A stretch of 64,000 nucleotides of DNA from Halorarum halobium (GTDB lineage Archaea > Halobacteriota > Halobacteria > Halobacteriales > Haloferacaceae): positions 620,001-684,000 of the forward strand of contig NZ_CP134949.1 in NCBI RefSeq assembly GCF_032116555.1, given 5' to 3'. The notes beneath the pieces are model-generated. The model was not told the origin of the DNA. It worked only from the letters and a program-made list of their open reading frames with translations, and made no database searches. Position 1 is the stretch's first letter; each line of letters begins with the position of its first letter. Shown here one piece after another: positions 19,882 to 30,117 of this stretch. Both the position numbers and the translations under genes were made by a program.

Positions 19882-20140
19882 ACGGGCGGCCTGACCCCCG
19901 GAATCTCCGCCGGCGTGTGAGTGACCGGCCGTTATCGGGCGAGTAACCAAGCAGTCGGTGGTCGTTCCTCCGCGCGGGACCGATCATGGAACCAGTCGAG
20001 TGCGTCCTCTGCCCGTCGGGGTGGGTGGAACTGCGGGACGCCTCCCAGCCCGGACAGTGGCTCGCAACGGACACGCCGGTCGAGTGTCGGCAGTAAGGGG
20101 CACCGGCCGGGAAGTCGCCCGCGCTCCCGCGATCGAGCGA

Positions 20141-20812
20141 TCAGGCGAACGCGCGGAGCACGCCCTGCCCGTCGGTGCCGCCGACGTCCGGCAGCGTCGC
20201 GCGCTCGGGGTGGGGCATCATCATCGCGACCGTCTCCCGTTCGCCGAGCACGCCGGCGACGTTCCCGGTCGACCCGTTCGGGTTCGCCGCGTCGGTGACG
20301 CTCCCGTCGGCCTCGCAGTAGCGGAACAGCACCCGGTCCTCGTCGTTGAGCGTCGCCAGCCGCTCGTCGCTGATCTCGAACCGGCCCTCGCCGTGCGCGA
20401 TGGGCACCTCGATGACCTCGCCCTCGTCGTACGCCGCGGTCCAGGGCGTGTCCGCGCGCTCGACCCGGAGGTGAACGTGCTCGCACTGGAAGCGCGCCGA
20501 CCGGTTCGTCGTGAACGCGCCCTCGGTCAGGCCCGCCTCGCAGCCGATCTGCGCGCCGTTGCAGACGCCCAGCACCGGGACGCCGTCCTCGGCCAGCGAC
20601 CGCACCTCCTCCATCACGGGGGTCCGCGCGGCCATCGCGCCGGCCCGGAGGTAGTCGCCGTAGGAGAAGCCGCCGGGGACCACGACGCCGTCGGTGTCGG
20701 CCGGGAGGCCATCCGCGTGCCAGACGCGCTCGGCGTCGATGCCGAGGTGCGAGAGCGCGCGCACGGCGTCGCGGTCGCAGTTCGACCCGCCGAACTGCAG
20801 TACCGAAATCAT
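20141..20812 (-). CDS. purQ: FGAM synthase glutaminase subunit
   Basis: FGGSNCDRD, PGGFSYGDYLR, GVCNGAQ, AHGEG, MMPHPER. Confidence 0.95.
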   Translation of the reverse strand: MISVLQFGGSNCDRDAVRALSHLGIDAERVWHADGLPADTDGVVVPGGFSYGDYLRAGAMAARTPVMEEVRSLAEDGVPVLGVCNGAQIGCEAGLTEGAFTTNRSARFQCEHVHLRVERADTPWTAAYDEGEVIEVPIAHGEGRFEISDERLATLNDEDRVLFRYCEADGSVTDAANPNGSTGNVAGVLGERETVAMMMPHPERATLPDVGGTDGQGVLRAFA

Positions 20813-21060
20813 CGCTCGGTCACGTCCACGTCGTAGTCGTGGATGGTCGGGTTCGCGAGCAGGCGTTCGGCCATCTCGTCGGCCCGCTCGCGGGCCGCGT
20901 CGGCGTCCGCGGCGTCGAGGTCGACCTCGAAGCGGTCGGCCGACCGGAGCGCCTCGAGTTCGAACCCGAGGCGTTCGAGCGCCCCCTTCGTCGTCTCGGC
21001 CTCCGGGTCGAGCACCCCGCGTTTCAGCCGGACCGTCACCGTGGCCGTGTAGCCGGTCAT
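20809..21060 (-). CDS. purS: FGAM synthase PurS subunit
   Basis: VRLKRGVLDPE, LLANPTIHDY; overlaps purQ start. Confidence 0.95.
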   Translation of the reverse strand: MTGYTATVTVRLKRGVLDPEAETTKGALERLGFELEALRSADRFEVDLDAADADAARERADEMAERLLANPTIHDYDVDVTER

Positions 21061-21110
21061 ACCCGTACTGCGCGGTCGTGATTAAAATCGGTTTTGGGTC
21101 GTCCCCGGTG

Positions 21111-21122
21111 TACACGTTCGTG
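21111..21122. promoter_or_regulatory. Candidate pur operator TACACGTTCGTG (purS/purU intergenic)
   Basis: Identical 12-mer also at 23403-23414 upstream of purC. Confidence 0.5.
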
Positions 21123-21282
21123 GTCGAAACCGTGGACCAGCGCGCTCCGGGGACGCACGGCGGACGCCTCACCGGGATGGACCCGCACGGACGGTAACGG
21201 TCGCGCCAAGCGACAGAGGCTTGAGTCACAACGTAGTGAACACCTGTATGTCCCGTTCGGACGCCCCGGAGGTGAGCGGCCG

Positions 21283-22206
21283 ATGAGCGAGCTGACCGAG
21301 ATCGTGGTCGTCGGAGACGACGACACCGGACTGGTCGCCCGCGTCACCTCGCTGCTGTTCGAGCGGGGGTGCAACATCGAGGACCTCGACCAGGCGGTCC
21401 GGGACGACGTGTTCCGGATGCGCCTGCACGCCGACACCGCGGGGATGGTCTGCAAGGCCGAGACGCTCCGGGAGGACCTGGAGGACCTGGGCGAGGACCT
21501 GGGCGTGGACGTGCGGGTCCGCTTCCCGGACGAGCGCGAGGCCCGCCGCATCGGCCTGCTCGTCACCAAGGAGGCGCACGCACCACGCGCCGTGCTCGAA
21601 GCCTGTGCCGACGGCACGCTCGACGCCGAGGTGGCGATGATGGCCGGCAACCGGAGCGCGCTCGAATCGCTGGCCGCGGAGTTCGACGTCCCGTTCTTCG
21701 ACGTCGGTGACGAGAGCGGCTCCCACGACGAGGCGGAGCTGCTCGACCTGCTGGCCGAACACGACGTCGACTGCATCGCACTCGCCCGGTTCATGCGCAT
21801 CCTCTCGCCGGAGGTCGTGTTCCGCTACGAGGGCCGCATCGTCAACGTCCACCCCTCGTTGCTGCCGGCGTTCCCGGGCGCGGAGGCGTACCGGCAGGCA
21901 GTCGAGGGCGGCGCGCGCGTCGCGGGCGTCACGGCCCACTACGTCACGACCGACCTCGATCAGGGGCCGGTCATCGCCCAGCGCGGGTTCGCCGTCCCGC
22001 CCCACGCCGACGCCGACGACCTCAAGGAGCGCGGGCAGCCGCTCGAATCGGAGGCGCTCGTCGAGGCGCTTCGCGCCCACCTCGCGGACGCGCTCGTGGT
22101 CCGTCGCGGCCGGACGCAGCTCCGCGAGGAAGTCGACCCCGAGGAGTACGACCTCGGCGGCGTCACAGCGCCGGAGGCCCCCGCGCCGATGCCGTCCGCG
22201 GAGTAG
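21283..22206 (+). CDS. purU: Formyltetrahydrofolate deformylase (ACT + formyltransferase domains)
   Basis: GDDDTGLVARVT, LARFMRILS, NVHPSLLPAFPGA, GVTAHYVTTDLDQGP; GGAGGTGA upstream. Confidence 0.9.
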   Translation: MSELTEIVVVGDDDTGLVARVTSLLFERGCNIEDLDQAVRDDVFRMRLHADTAGMVCKAETLREDLEDLGEDLGVDVRVRFPDEREARRIGLLVTKEAHAPRAVLEACADGTLDAEVAMMAGNRSALESLAAEFDVPFFDVGDESGSHDEAELLDLLAEHDVDCIALARFMRILSPEVVFRYEGRIVNVHPSLLPAFPGAEAYRQAVEGGARVAGVTAHYVTTDLDQGPVIAQRGFAVPPHADADDLKERGQPLESEALVEALRAHLADALVVRRGRTQLREEVDPEEYDLGGVTAPEAPAPMPSAE

Positions 22207-22313
22207 CCGAACTCCCTCGGCGGGCGGCGCGAGGAGGGCGTCGTCAGTGATTCTCGTGCGCGACCGAGGACCAGCTCGACGCGACCGGTCGTGAACTCGC
22301 CACCCCCGCCCGA

Positions 22314-23327
22314 TTACAGCTCCCGAACGCGCTCGACCGCCGCGCCGACGTCCGGCGCGTCGAACCAGTCGCCGTCGGTGTACGCGTTCGCGCCGGCGAC
22401 GTACATGTCGGCGGCGGCTTCCACCACTCCCCCGGGGAGCGCCGGCGGTTCGACCCCGCAGAGCGGCCGCCAGTCGGCGACGTCCTCGCGGTCCGCACGC
22501 GCCTTCGCCTCGCCCACCGCCTCGACCCAATCCGGGTGCTCGCGCTTGTAGTACTGCCGGACGACCTCCTTGGACACCTCCTGGCCGTCGTAGGCGAAGC
22601 GGTTCTCGTCGAACGTCCCCACGACGTCGGCGACGCGGACCTCGCCGTCGACGTAACAGCACTCGATCTTCCCGTCCTCGTGGACGAACCCCGTCTCGGC
22701 CGCGCGCTCGGTGAGCAGGTCGTTCACGCGCCGGGCGACCGACTCGAGGTCGTCGGCGTCGGCCTCGCCGGCGACGTCCCCGGCCTCGTCGGCGTCGAGG
22801 TAGCGGTCCTGCTCCTCGAACTTCGTCGAGAACTCGACGACCGGAACCGGGAGCGGGACGGCCTCGTCGGGCCACTCGTCGCGGTCGAGGCCGAGGTCGC
22901 GGGGGTCGGCGCGCGAGCGGAGGCTGGAGCCGACGGGGACCGCGTTCCGGAACACGATCTCGAGGGGGACGACGTAGTTCGATCCGGTTTCGGCGTGGAA
23001 CGCGTCGTAGTCGTACTCGCCGTCCGAGAACGGGAGGTCGGGGACGTTCACGAGGTCGATGGCGAGTTCGCCCGGGGCGTCCTCGGCCTCGGCGAGCGGG
23101 GTCGCGTCCGCCCCCACGCCGCGGTAGTGTGTCGGGACGCCCGCGCGTTCGAGCAGTTCGAAGTTGAACGCGCCCATCGTGCAGAGCGACGCGCCCTTCC
23201 CCGGGATCTCGTCGGGCATCTTCCCCCAGTCGAAGACGGAGTAGTCGTCGGTGAAGACGAAGCTCCCCGCGCCGGGTGCCGCGTCGGTGGGCGCGCGCTC
23301 GACGCGGAACTCCTTCACGCTCGTCAT
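22314..23327 (-). CDS. purC: SAICAR synthase
   Basis: [56 protein letters not shown]. Confidence 0.95.
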   Translation of the reverse strand: MTSVKEFRVERAPTDAAPGAGSFVFTDDYSVFDWGKMPDEIPGKGASLCTMGAFNFELLERAGVPTHYRGVGADATPLAEAEDAPGELAIDLVNVPDLPFSDGEYDYDAFHAETGSNYVVPLEIVFRNAVPVGSSLRSRADPRDLGLDRDEWPDEAVPLPVPVVEFSTKFEEQDRYLDADEAGDVAGEADADDLESVARRVNDLLTERAAETGFVHEDGKIECCYVDGEVRVADVVGTFDENRFAYDGQEVSKEVVRQYYKREHPDWVEAVGEAKARADREDVADWRPLCGVEPPALPGGVVEAAADMYVAGANAYTDGDWFDAPDVGAAVERVREL

Positions 23328-23402
23328 GGCCGAGGTGCCGGGCGCGGGCCGTATGAATCTTTCAGTTCCGTGCGTACCTCGACCCCCGACCGGGAATTGA
23401 TA

Positions 23403-23415
23403 TACACGTTCGTGT
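23403..23415. promoter_or_regulatory. Candidate pur operator (ACACG-TT-CGTGT dyad) upstream of purC
   Basis: TACACGTTCGTGT; interrupted palindrome, matches 21111-21122. Confidence 0.5.
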
Positions 23416-23472
23416 GTCTTCGGGGCGGGCGGCGGGGGGAGATGCCGCCGGCGGGGAGAACCGGTCCGGTGC

Positions 23473-24324
23473 TCACGGCGACCCCACGTCGCCGGAGGAA
23501 CCCCCGGACCCTCCGGCGTGTTCGGCCAGGAACTCCCGGATGGCGGCCGTGACGACCGCGGGGTCGTCGAGGTTCGAGGCGTGGCCGGCGTCGAGCACCA
23601 CCCGCACGGTCGCGTCCGGGAGTTCGGCCCCCAGTTTCGCGGCCTGGCGGCGGGCGAGGCCGACGTCGTTCTCCCCGTACAGCACCAGCGTCGGGGCGGT
23701 GATGGCCGAGAGGTCGAGCGGCGTTCCCGGGTACGCCGTCAGCGCGCGGACGACCTTCACGAACTCCGCCGTCGCCATCGTCGGGGCGTCCTCCCTGAGT
23801 TCCTCGACGGTGTCGTAGTCGCCGGCAGACCCCGGGTTGACCAGTTCGTTCAGCCACGTCAGCACGCGCTCGACCCGCTCGTAGCCGATCAGGCGCGCGG
23901 GCGGAATCGTCGCCCGCAGCGTCGCGAACTGGACCCGGTCCCGCCAGGTCGTGAACTCGGGGGTGAACGTGTCCGCGAGCACGAGGCCGGCCACGCCTTC
24001 GGGGTACCGGGCGGCGTACACCTGTGCAATGGCCCCGCCCATCGAGAGGCCACAGAGCACCGGTCGGTCCAGGTCGAGCGCCCGCAGAAACGCGTCCAGA
24101 TCCTCGGCGAACAGGTCGATGGAGTACGACTCAATCTCCGACCCGCCCGTCCGGCCGTGCCCCCGGACGTCGTAGGCAATCGTCGTGTACTCGTCGGCCA
24201 GCGCCTCGGCCTGCGGGAGCCACTGGCTCGACTCCAGCATGGCACCGTGGAGGAACACGACCGGGGGCCCGCTCCCCCGGCGCAGGTAGTGGGTCTCGAC
24301 GTCGTCGGTCCGGACGGTGGGCAT
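23473..24324 (-). CDS. Alpha/beta fold hydrolase
   Basis: [18 protein letters not shown] nucleophile elbow, GEND, AGHAS. Confidence 0.9.
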   Translation of the reverse strand: MPTVRTDDVETHYLRRGSGPPVVFLHGAMLESSQWLPQAEALADEYTTIAYDVRGHGRTGGSEIESYSIDLFAEDLDAFLRALDLDRPVLCGLSMGGAIAQVYAARYPEGVAGLVLADTFTPEFTTWRDRVQFATLRATIPPARLIGYERVERVLTWLNELVNPGSAGDYDTVEELREDAPTMATAEFVKVVRALTAYPGTPLDLSAITAPTLVLYGENDVGLARRQAAKLGAELPDATVRVVLDAGHASNLDDPAVVTAAIREFLAEHAGGSGGSSGDVGSP

Positions 24325-24356
24325 GAAGGTGGTGTAGGCAACCGAACTGGGTGAAG

Positions 24357-25751
24357 CTACTCCTCCGGGAACGTCGTCCCCGGGTTCAGCGTCCCGTTCG
24401 GGTCGAGCGCGTCCTTCACCGCCCGCATCGCGTCGACGGCGTCGCCGTGCTCGCGCCGGAGGAACTCGCGTTTCCCCTTGCCGATGCCGTGTTCGCCGGT
24501 GACGGTGCCGTCGAGTTCCAGGGCGCGCCCGATCAGGTCCTCGTAGGCCCGCTCGGCGCGGGTCGACTCGTCGGGGTCGTCGTGGTCGTAGACGGCGAAG
24601 TAGTGGAGGTTGCCGTCGCCCGCGTGGCCGAACGCCGGCACGAACAGGTCGTACTCGGCGGCGACGTCCTTCACCGCGCGGATCATCTCGGGGTAGGCGC
24701 CGATGGGCACCGTGACGTCGCCGGGGTGACCCATCGACGCCCCCTCGCGCCACTCGTCGGCGGCGTAGGTGATGTCCCGGCGGGCCGTCCAGAGGTCGTC
24801 CATCCCGTCGCCCTCGTCCACCTCGAACGACTCCACGTCGTGTGCGGCAAACACCGCCCTGCAGAACGCGACCTCCTCCTCGACGCCGTGGTCGGCGTGG
24901 AACTCCACGAACGCCATCGGGCGCTCGGGCATCTCCGTCCCGGAGTAGTCGTTGGCGACCGCCGCGGCGTCGGCGTCCATCAGTTCGATCTTCGCCACGT
25001 CGACCCCGGACGTGACGGCGTCCCGGACCGCCGCTGTCGCGTCATCGAGCGTCGGGAACACTGCCCGGCCGCCGCGGACCTGCTCGGGGATGCCCGCGAG
25101 TTCGAGCGTCGCGCGCGTCACGACGCCCAGGGTTCCCTCCGAGCCGACCAGCAGGTCGGTGAGGTTGTAGCCGCTGGAGGTCTTGGCGGCCATGGTGCCG
25201 GTTTCGATCACGGTGCCGTCCGCGAGCACGACCTCCAGCGCGCGGACCCAGTCGCCGACCTCGCCGTACTTCACCGTCCCCATGCCGGAGGCGTCGGTGG
25301 CGATCATGCCCCCGACCGTCGAGATGGCTCCCGAGGAGGGGAGCGGCGGGAAGGTGAGGCCGTGGCGGGCGACCCGTTCGTTCAGGTCGTCGCCGACGAC
25401 GCCCGGTTCGACGTCGACGGTGAGGTCGTCGGGGCGCACGTCGACGACGCGGTCCATGCGCGTGAGATCGAGGCTGATTCCGCCCTCGACGGGCGTTACG
25501 TGTGACTCCAGGCTCGTCCCCGCGGCGTAGGGCGTGACGGCGACGCCGCGGTCGTCGGCCGCCGCCAGCACCGCGGACACGTCGGCGGTCGACTCGGGGA
25601 ACACGACCGCGTCGGGGAGCACCTCGTCGTCGGGGGCCGTGTCGTAGCTCCCGGCGTGCGTGCCGCGGTCCGAGGTGCCCCGCGACACCTCGCCGTCGAG
25701 CGCGAGGTCGTCGAGGAACCCCGGGTCCCGTCCGTCCGCACCCTGACTCAT
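24357..25751 (-). CDS. FAD-binding oxidoreductase, D-lactate dehydrogenase/GlcD family
   Basis: AGTSLE, TVGGMIATDASG, SGYNLTDLLVGSEGTLG, GHAGDGNLH, GEHGIG. Confidence 0.9.
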   Translation of the reverse strand: MSQGADGRDPGFLDDLALDGEVSRGTSDRGTHAGSYDTAPDDEVLPDAVVFPESTADVSAVLAAADDRGVAVTPYAAGTSLESHVTPVEGGISLDLTRMDRVVDVRPDDLTVDVEPGVVGDDLNERVARHGLTFPPLPSSGAISTVGGMIATDASGMGTVKYGEVGDWVRALEVVLADGTVIETGTMAAKTSSGYNLTDLLVGSEGTLGVVTRATLELAGIPEQVRGGRAVFPTLDDATAAVRDAVTSGVDVAKIELMDADAAAVANDYSGTEMPERPMAFVEFHADHGVEEEVAFCRAVFAAHDVESFEVDEGDGMDDLWTARRDITYAADEWREGASMGHPGDVTVPIGAYPEMIRAVKDVAAEYDLFVPAFGHAGDGNLHYFAVYDHDDPDESTRAERAYEDLIGRALELDGTVTGEHGIGKGKREFLRREHGDAVDAMRAVKDALDPNGTLNPGTTFPEE

Positions 25752-25895
25752 GGGTACACGGGGCACGCCGACGACCAAGAGGGCTCCGGTGACGCGGGAG
25801 CGGTTCGCGGGTCCGCCCCCACCGGAGGGAGCCGGGACCGGCGAGGGGGACCGGCACCGTCCCGCTTTTCCCCCCGGGTCGTGACCGTTCGACCG

Positions 25896-27371
25896 ATGAC
25901 GCGCCCGTCGGCGGCCGACCTCGACCCGGACGACCTCGGCTTCGCACACGTCCCCGAGACCGACCAGTCGTTCGAGAACGCCCTGGCGAAGGCCCGCGAC
26001 GGCCAGCGCCTGACCGTCGACGACGCGGTGGAACTGCTGACGACCGGCACCGACGGCGCGACGAGCATCGACCAGGAGCGCAAGGAGGCGGTGCTGGAGG
26101 CCGCGGACCGCCGGCGCGCCGAGGTCGTCGGCGACGACGTCACGTTCGTCGCGAACCTGAACAACAACGTCACGACGGCGTGCAACACGGGCTGTCTGTT
26201 CTGCAACTTCAAGGACACCGCCCACCGGTTCGAGGTCGACCGCGACGGCGACGGAGGGCCGTCGCGGCGCACCGACCACGACGGCGACGGAGAGCCGTCG
26301 CGGCGCACCGACCACGGCGGGTTCACCAAGACCCCCGCCGAATCCAGGGCGGCCGTCGAAGCCGGACTCGATCGGGGCATCTACGAAGTCACCTCGGTCT
26401 CCGGGCTGCACCCCGCGTTCGCGCTGAACGACGACCACCACGAGATCCTCCGCGGGTTCGAGAACCCGGCCCGCGAGGTGAACTACAAGCCGCCCGAGCG
26501 CTACGTGGTCGACCCCGGCACGTACGTCGAGCAGATGGCGGCCATGTCCGTGGGCGGCATCCACCTCCACTCGATGACGCCCGAGGAGGCGTACCACGCC
26601 CGGCGGGGAACCGACTGGAGTTACAGGGAAGTGTACGAGAGACTCCGGGAGGCGGGCCTCGATTCGGCGCCCGGCACCGCCGCGGAGATCCTCGTGGACG
26701 AGGTCCGCGAGGTCATCTGCCCCGGGAAGATCGACACGCAGGGGTGGCTCGACGCGATGGAGGGCGCGGTCGCGGCCGGCCTCGACGTCACCTCGACGAT
26801 GATGTACGGCCACGTCGAGAACGAGATGCACCGGGCGATGCACCTCGAACGGATCCGGGACCTCCAGGACCGGACCGGCGGCATCACCGAGTTCGTCCCG
26901 CTCTCGTTCGTCCACGAGCGCACCCCGCTCTACGAGCACGGCGTCGTCTCGGGCGGCGCGAGCGACGACGAGGACGAACTGCTCATCGCGGTCGCGCGCC
27001 TGTTCCTCGACAACGTCGAGAACGTCCAGACGTCGTGGGTGAAGTACGGCGACGAGAAGGCGCTGAAGACGCTCTCGTGCGGGGCGAACGACTTCATGGG
27101 CACCATCCTCTCGGAGGAGATCACCAAGCGCGCGGGCGGACAGTTCGGCGAGTTCCGGAGCTTCGACGACTACGTCGAGATGGTGACCTCAATCGGTCGC
27201 ACCCCGGTCGAGCGGTCGACGGACTACCGGACGACCCGCGAACTCGACCCGACCGAGGCCGGCCCGTTCGGCCCGACGCTCGGCCCGCGGGCCGACGGAA
27301 CGCCGCTGTTGACCCCCGAGGAACGCGAGGCGAGGGCCGCCGGCGACCCCGGCGCCATCGCCGACGACTGA
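25896..27371 (+). CDS. cofH: FO synthase subunit CofH (F420 biosynthesis, radical SAM)
   Basis: TTACNTGCLFCNF, PGTAAEIL, TMMYGHVE, FVPLSF, GANDFMGT. Confidence 0.9.
   Translation: MTRPSAADLDPDDLGFAHVPETDQSFENALAKARDGQRLTVDDAVELLTTGTDGATSIDQERKEAVLEAADRRRAEVVGDDVTFVANLNNNVTTACNTGCLFCNFKDTAHRFEVDRDGDGGPSRRTDHDGDGEPSRRTDHGGFTKTPAESRAAVEAGLDRGIYEVTSVSGLHPAFALNDDHHEILRGFENPAREVNYKPPERYVVDPGTYVEQMAAMSVGGIHLHSMTPEEAYHARRGTDWSYREVYERLREAGLDSAPGTAAEILVDEVREVICPGKIDTQGWLDAMEGAVAAGLDVTSTMMYGHVENEMHRAMHLERIRDLQDRTGGITEFVPLSFVHERTPLYEHGVVSGGASDDEDELLIAVARLFLDNVENVQTSWVKYGDEKALKTLSCGANDFMGTILSEEITKRAGGQFGEFRSFDDYVEMVTSIGRTPVERSTDYRTTRELDPTEAGPFGPTLGPRADGTPLLTPEEREARAAGDPGAIADD
26238..26309 (+). repeat. 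In-frame 36-bp tandem duplication inside cofH
   Basis: GACCGCGACGGCGACGGAGGGCCGTCGCGGCGCACC / GACCACGACGGCGACGGAGAGCCGTCGCGGCGCACC (2 mismatches). Confidence 0.9.
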
Positions 27372-27495
27372 GCCGATCCACGGGGAGGACCCACCTTCTG
27401 GGGCAACGTTCCCGACCATCCCGCGACGACGACCGCCCGACTGACCACAGCGGTACGGGCGTCAGTCGGCGGACGCGCTCGGCCCGATCGACCAT

Positions 27496-27707
27496 CGGGT
27501 TGGACTGAACGGGGCCGCGTCGCTCGGGGAACCCCGACCCCTCAAGCACCGCAGGGAGCGAACGAAGTGAGCGACTGAGGAGCGCAGAGCGGGTCGCGGG
27601 AGGTCACGCGAGCGTAAGCGAGGGTGACTTCGGAAGTCGCAGCCCGCGCAGCGAGCGTAGCGAGCGAGCAGGAACGTCTTCCGTAACCGAGCGACGCGGG
27701 GGCTTTC
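27496..27707 (-). repeat. Intergenic structured repeat, module 1 copy B (carries an 84-bp internal cassette at 27603-27686)
   Basis: Minus strand GAAAGCCC-CCGCGTCGCTCGG...CCTGCGGTGCTTG...CCGAGCGACGCGG-CCCCGTTCAGTCCAACCCG; perfect 13-bp arms at 27515-27527 and 27687-27699. Confidence 0.85.
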
Positions 27708-27757
27708 CAGGTGTGTCGGTCGGTCGGAAAGGCAGTCAGAAGCGTTCACGATACCGA

Positions 27758-28270
27758 TCACGGAGCGTCCCGAACCGCCGCCTCCAGCTCCGCCACCTCA
27801 GGATAGACGCCCGACTCCTGGATCGCCCACGTCCACGTGACCTGCCGGTCGTCGTCGACGACGAACGCCGCGCGATCGGAGATTCCCGAGAGCAGGCCGC
27901 CCCCGCGCTCGACCCCGAACTCGCGGACGATCGAGTTGTTGAACCCCGAGACGAGCGGGTAGCCCAGGTCGTACTCGTCGACGAACGCGAGCAGCGACCA
28001 CGGGGTGTCGACGCTCACGCCGTAGACGTCGACCGACGACTCGGCGAGGTCGTCGCGCCAGTCGCGGTAGGCACACAGTTCCGCGGTGCAGGTCCGCGAG
28101 TAGACGCCGGGGTAGAACGCGAGGACGACCGGCCCGTCGGCGGCGGCGCGGTCGAGGTCGAACTCCGCGACGTGCTCGCCGGTGTACGCGCCGCGTTCGG
28201 CGGTCTCGGCGGCTTCCGGCGTCGCCATCGGCGCGGTCACGTCGGGCGCGGTGTCTCCCGTTTCGAGCAT
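27758..28270 (-). CDS. Redoxin/peroxiredoxin-like protein
   Basis: GDTAPD, LAFYPGVYSRTCTAELC, GVSVD, DRAAFVVD. Confidence 0.85.
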   Translation of the reverse strand: MLETGDTAPDVTAPMATPEAAETAERGAYTGEHVAEFDLDRAAADGPVVLAFYPGVYSRTCTAELCAYRDWRDDLAESSVDVYGVSVDTPWSLLAFVDEYDLGYPLVSGFNNSIVREFGVERGGGLLSGISDRAAFVVDDDRQVTWTWAIQESGVYPEVAELEAAVRDAP

Positions 28271-28401
28271 CGTGAATCGGTTGCGGGGGCCGCTGATAAG
28301 GGTTGGTGGCTACTGGGAGTCGATGTCCGTCCCGTGGTCGGCGACCGGCACTGTCGATGACCGCGAACGCCCCCGTTGCCCCGTTCGGTCCCACCCGTCG
28401 G

Positions 28402-30117
28402 TCAGTCCTCGTCGCCCTCGGGGTCGTAGCCGTACGCCTCGCGGGCGAGGGCGGGCGACAGCTTTCCGAGCCGGAGGTCGCGCGCGACCGCCTCCGGGTC
28501 CCGGTCCGCGGGGTCGCCGTACCCGCCGCCGCCGGGCGTCCGGACGCTGACGACCGAGCCTGCGGGCAGGTCGCGGGTGTGCTTGGCGGGGAGTTTCTCG
28601 CGTTCGTCGCCGTCGTCGTCGACCAGGTAGGCCGCGCCGTTCGCGCCGGGGTCGCCGCCGGCGAGGCCGTACGGGCGGGACTCGTGGCGCTCGGCGAGCA
28701 GGCTGAACCGCGCCTCGTGGTCCCGGACGCGGATGTCGCGCCGGAGGCCGAGGCCGCCGCGGAACTCGCCCGCGCCGCCCGAATCGGGGCGGAGGGCGTA
28801 CCGCTCGACGCGGAGCGGATAGGCGGTTTCGAGCACCTCCGCTGGCGTGTTCAACGTGTTGCTCATGTGGACGTGGACGCCGTCCATTCCGTCGCCGATC
28901 GCCCGGCCGCCGAACCCGCCGCCCTGGGTCTCGTAGAAGGCGTACGGGGCGTCGTCCCTCGGGTCGGTGCCGCCGAACGTGACGTTGTTCATCGTCCCCT
29001 GGCACGCCGCGACGACGGCCTCCGGGTCGGCCCCGGCGAGCGCGCCCAGCACCGCGTCCGTGACCCGCTGGGACGTCTCGAGGTTGCCGCCCACCACCGC
29101 GGCCGGCGGGTCGGGGTTGACGATGGTCCCCTCCGGCGCGCGGATCTCGATCGGCCGGTAGCAGCCGTGGTTCGGGGGGATGTCCGGGTCCGTCACGCAG
29201 CGCACGGCGTAGTACGTCGCCGACGCGGTGACGGCGAAGACGGCGTTGACGGGGCCGTCCGTCTGTGCGGCAGTGCCCTCGAAGTCGACCGCGACCGAGT
29301 CGCCCTCGATCTCGACTGCCGCTTCGACGGGCAGGTCCTCGTTCCCGCGCCCGTCGTCGTCCAGCACGTCGGCGAACTCGTAGGTCCCGTCCGGAAGGTT
29401 CCTGATCTCCGCGCACATTCGGCGCTCGGAGTAGTCCTTGATCTCCGCCAGCGCGGGTTCGAGCAGGTCGCCGTGCTCGGCCGCGACCTCCCGGAACCGC
29501 CGTCTCCCGGTGGCGTTCGCGGCGGTCTGTGCCCGGAGGTCGCCGCGTCGCTCCTCGGGGGTCCGGACGTTGGCGAGGATCATCGAGAGGACGTCCTCGC
29601 GAACGTCGCCGCCCGATTCGAACTTCACCGGCGGGATCCGCAGGCCCTCCTGGTAGATCTCGGTCGAGTCGGCGGCGACGCTGCCCGCGGTGGAACCGCC
29701 GACGTCGGCGTGGTGGGCGCGGTTCGCGGCGAACGCGAGCAGTTCCTCGCCCGACTCGTCGAACACCGGCGTCACCAGCGTCAGGTCGGGCAGGTGTGCG
29801 CCGCCGCGGAACGGATCGTTCAACAGCACCGAGTCACCCGGCGAGAGCGTCTCGGGTGGGAACGCCTCCACGGCGGCCGCGACCGAGAACGGCATCGCAC
29901 CCAGGTGGACCGGCATCGTCTCGGCCTGGGCGATCATCTCTCCGTCCGCGTCGAACAGCGCGGTCGAGCAGTCGCGCCGCTCCTTGACGTTCGGCGAGTA
30001 GCCCGTCCGGACGAGGTTCGCGTTCATCTCCTCGGCGACCGCCTCGCAGGCGTTGCGGACGACCTCCAGAGTAACGGAGTCGACCTCGGGCGCGTCGCCC
30101 GCGTCCCGGTCGGTCAT
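28402..30117 (-). CDS. Hydantoinase B/oxoprolinase family protein
   Basis: [47 protein letters not shown]. Confidence 0.92.
   Translation of the reverse strand: MTDRDAGDAPEVDSVTLEVVRNACEAVAEEMNANLVRTGYSPNVKERRDCSTALFDADGEMIAQAETMPVHLGAMPFSVAAAVEAFPPETLSPGDSVLLNDPFRGGAHLPDLTLVTPVFDESGEELLAFAANRAHHADVGGSTAGSVAADSTEIYQEGLRIPPVKFESGGDVREDVLSMILANVRTPEERRGDLRAQTAANATGRRRFREVAAEHGDLLEPALAEIKDYSERRMCAEIRNLPDGTYEFADVLDDDGRGNEDLPVEAAVEIEGDSVAVDFEGTAAQTDGPVNAVFAVTASATYYAVRCVTDPDIPPNHGCYRPIEIRAPEGTIVNPDPPAAVVGGNLETSQRVTDAVLGALAGADPEAVVAACQGTMNNVTFGGTDPRDDAPYAFYETQGGGFGGRAIGDGMDGVHVHMSNTLNTPAEVLETAYPLRVERYALRPDSGGAGEFRGGLGLRRDIRVRDHEARFSLLAERHESRPYGLAGGDPGANGAAYLVDDDGDEREKLPAKHTRDLPAGSVVSVRTPGGGGYGDPADRDPEAVARDLRLGKLSPALAREAYGYDPEGDED

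Noticed and set aside
24357..26939. Apparent long N-terminal extensions in the ORF track (FAD oxidoreductase, hydantoinase B, cmk, purQ, GrpB, E1-alpha and others)
   Set aside because: The extensions overlap neighbouring real genes; internal ATG starts match the family N-termini.
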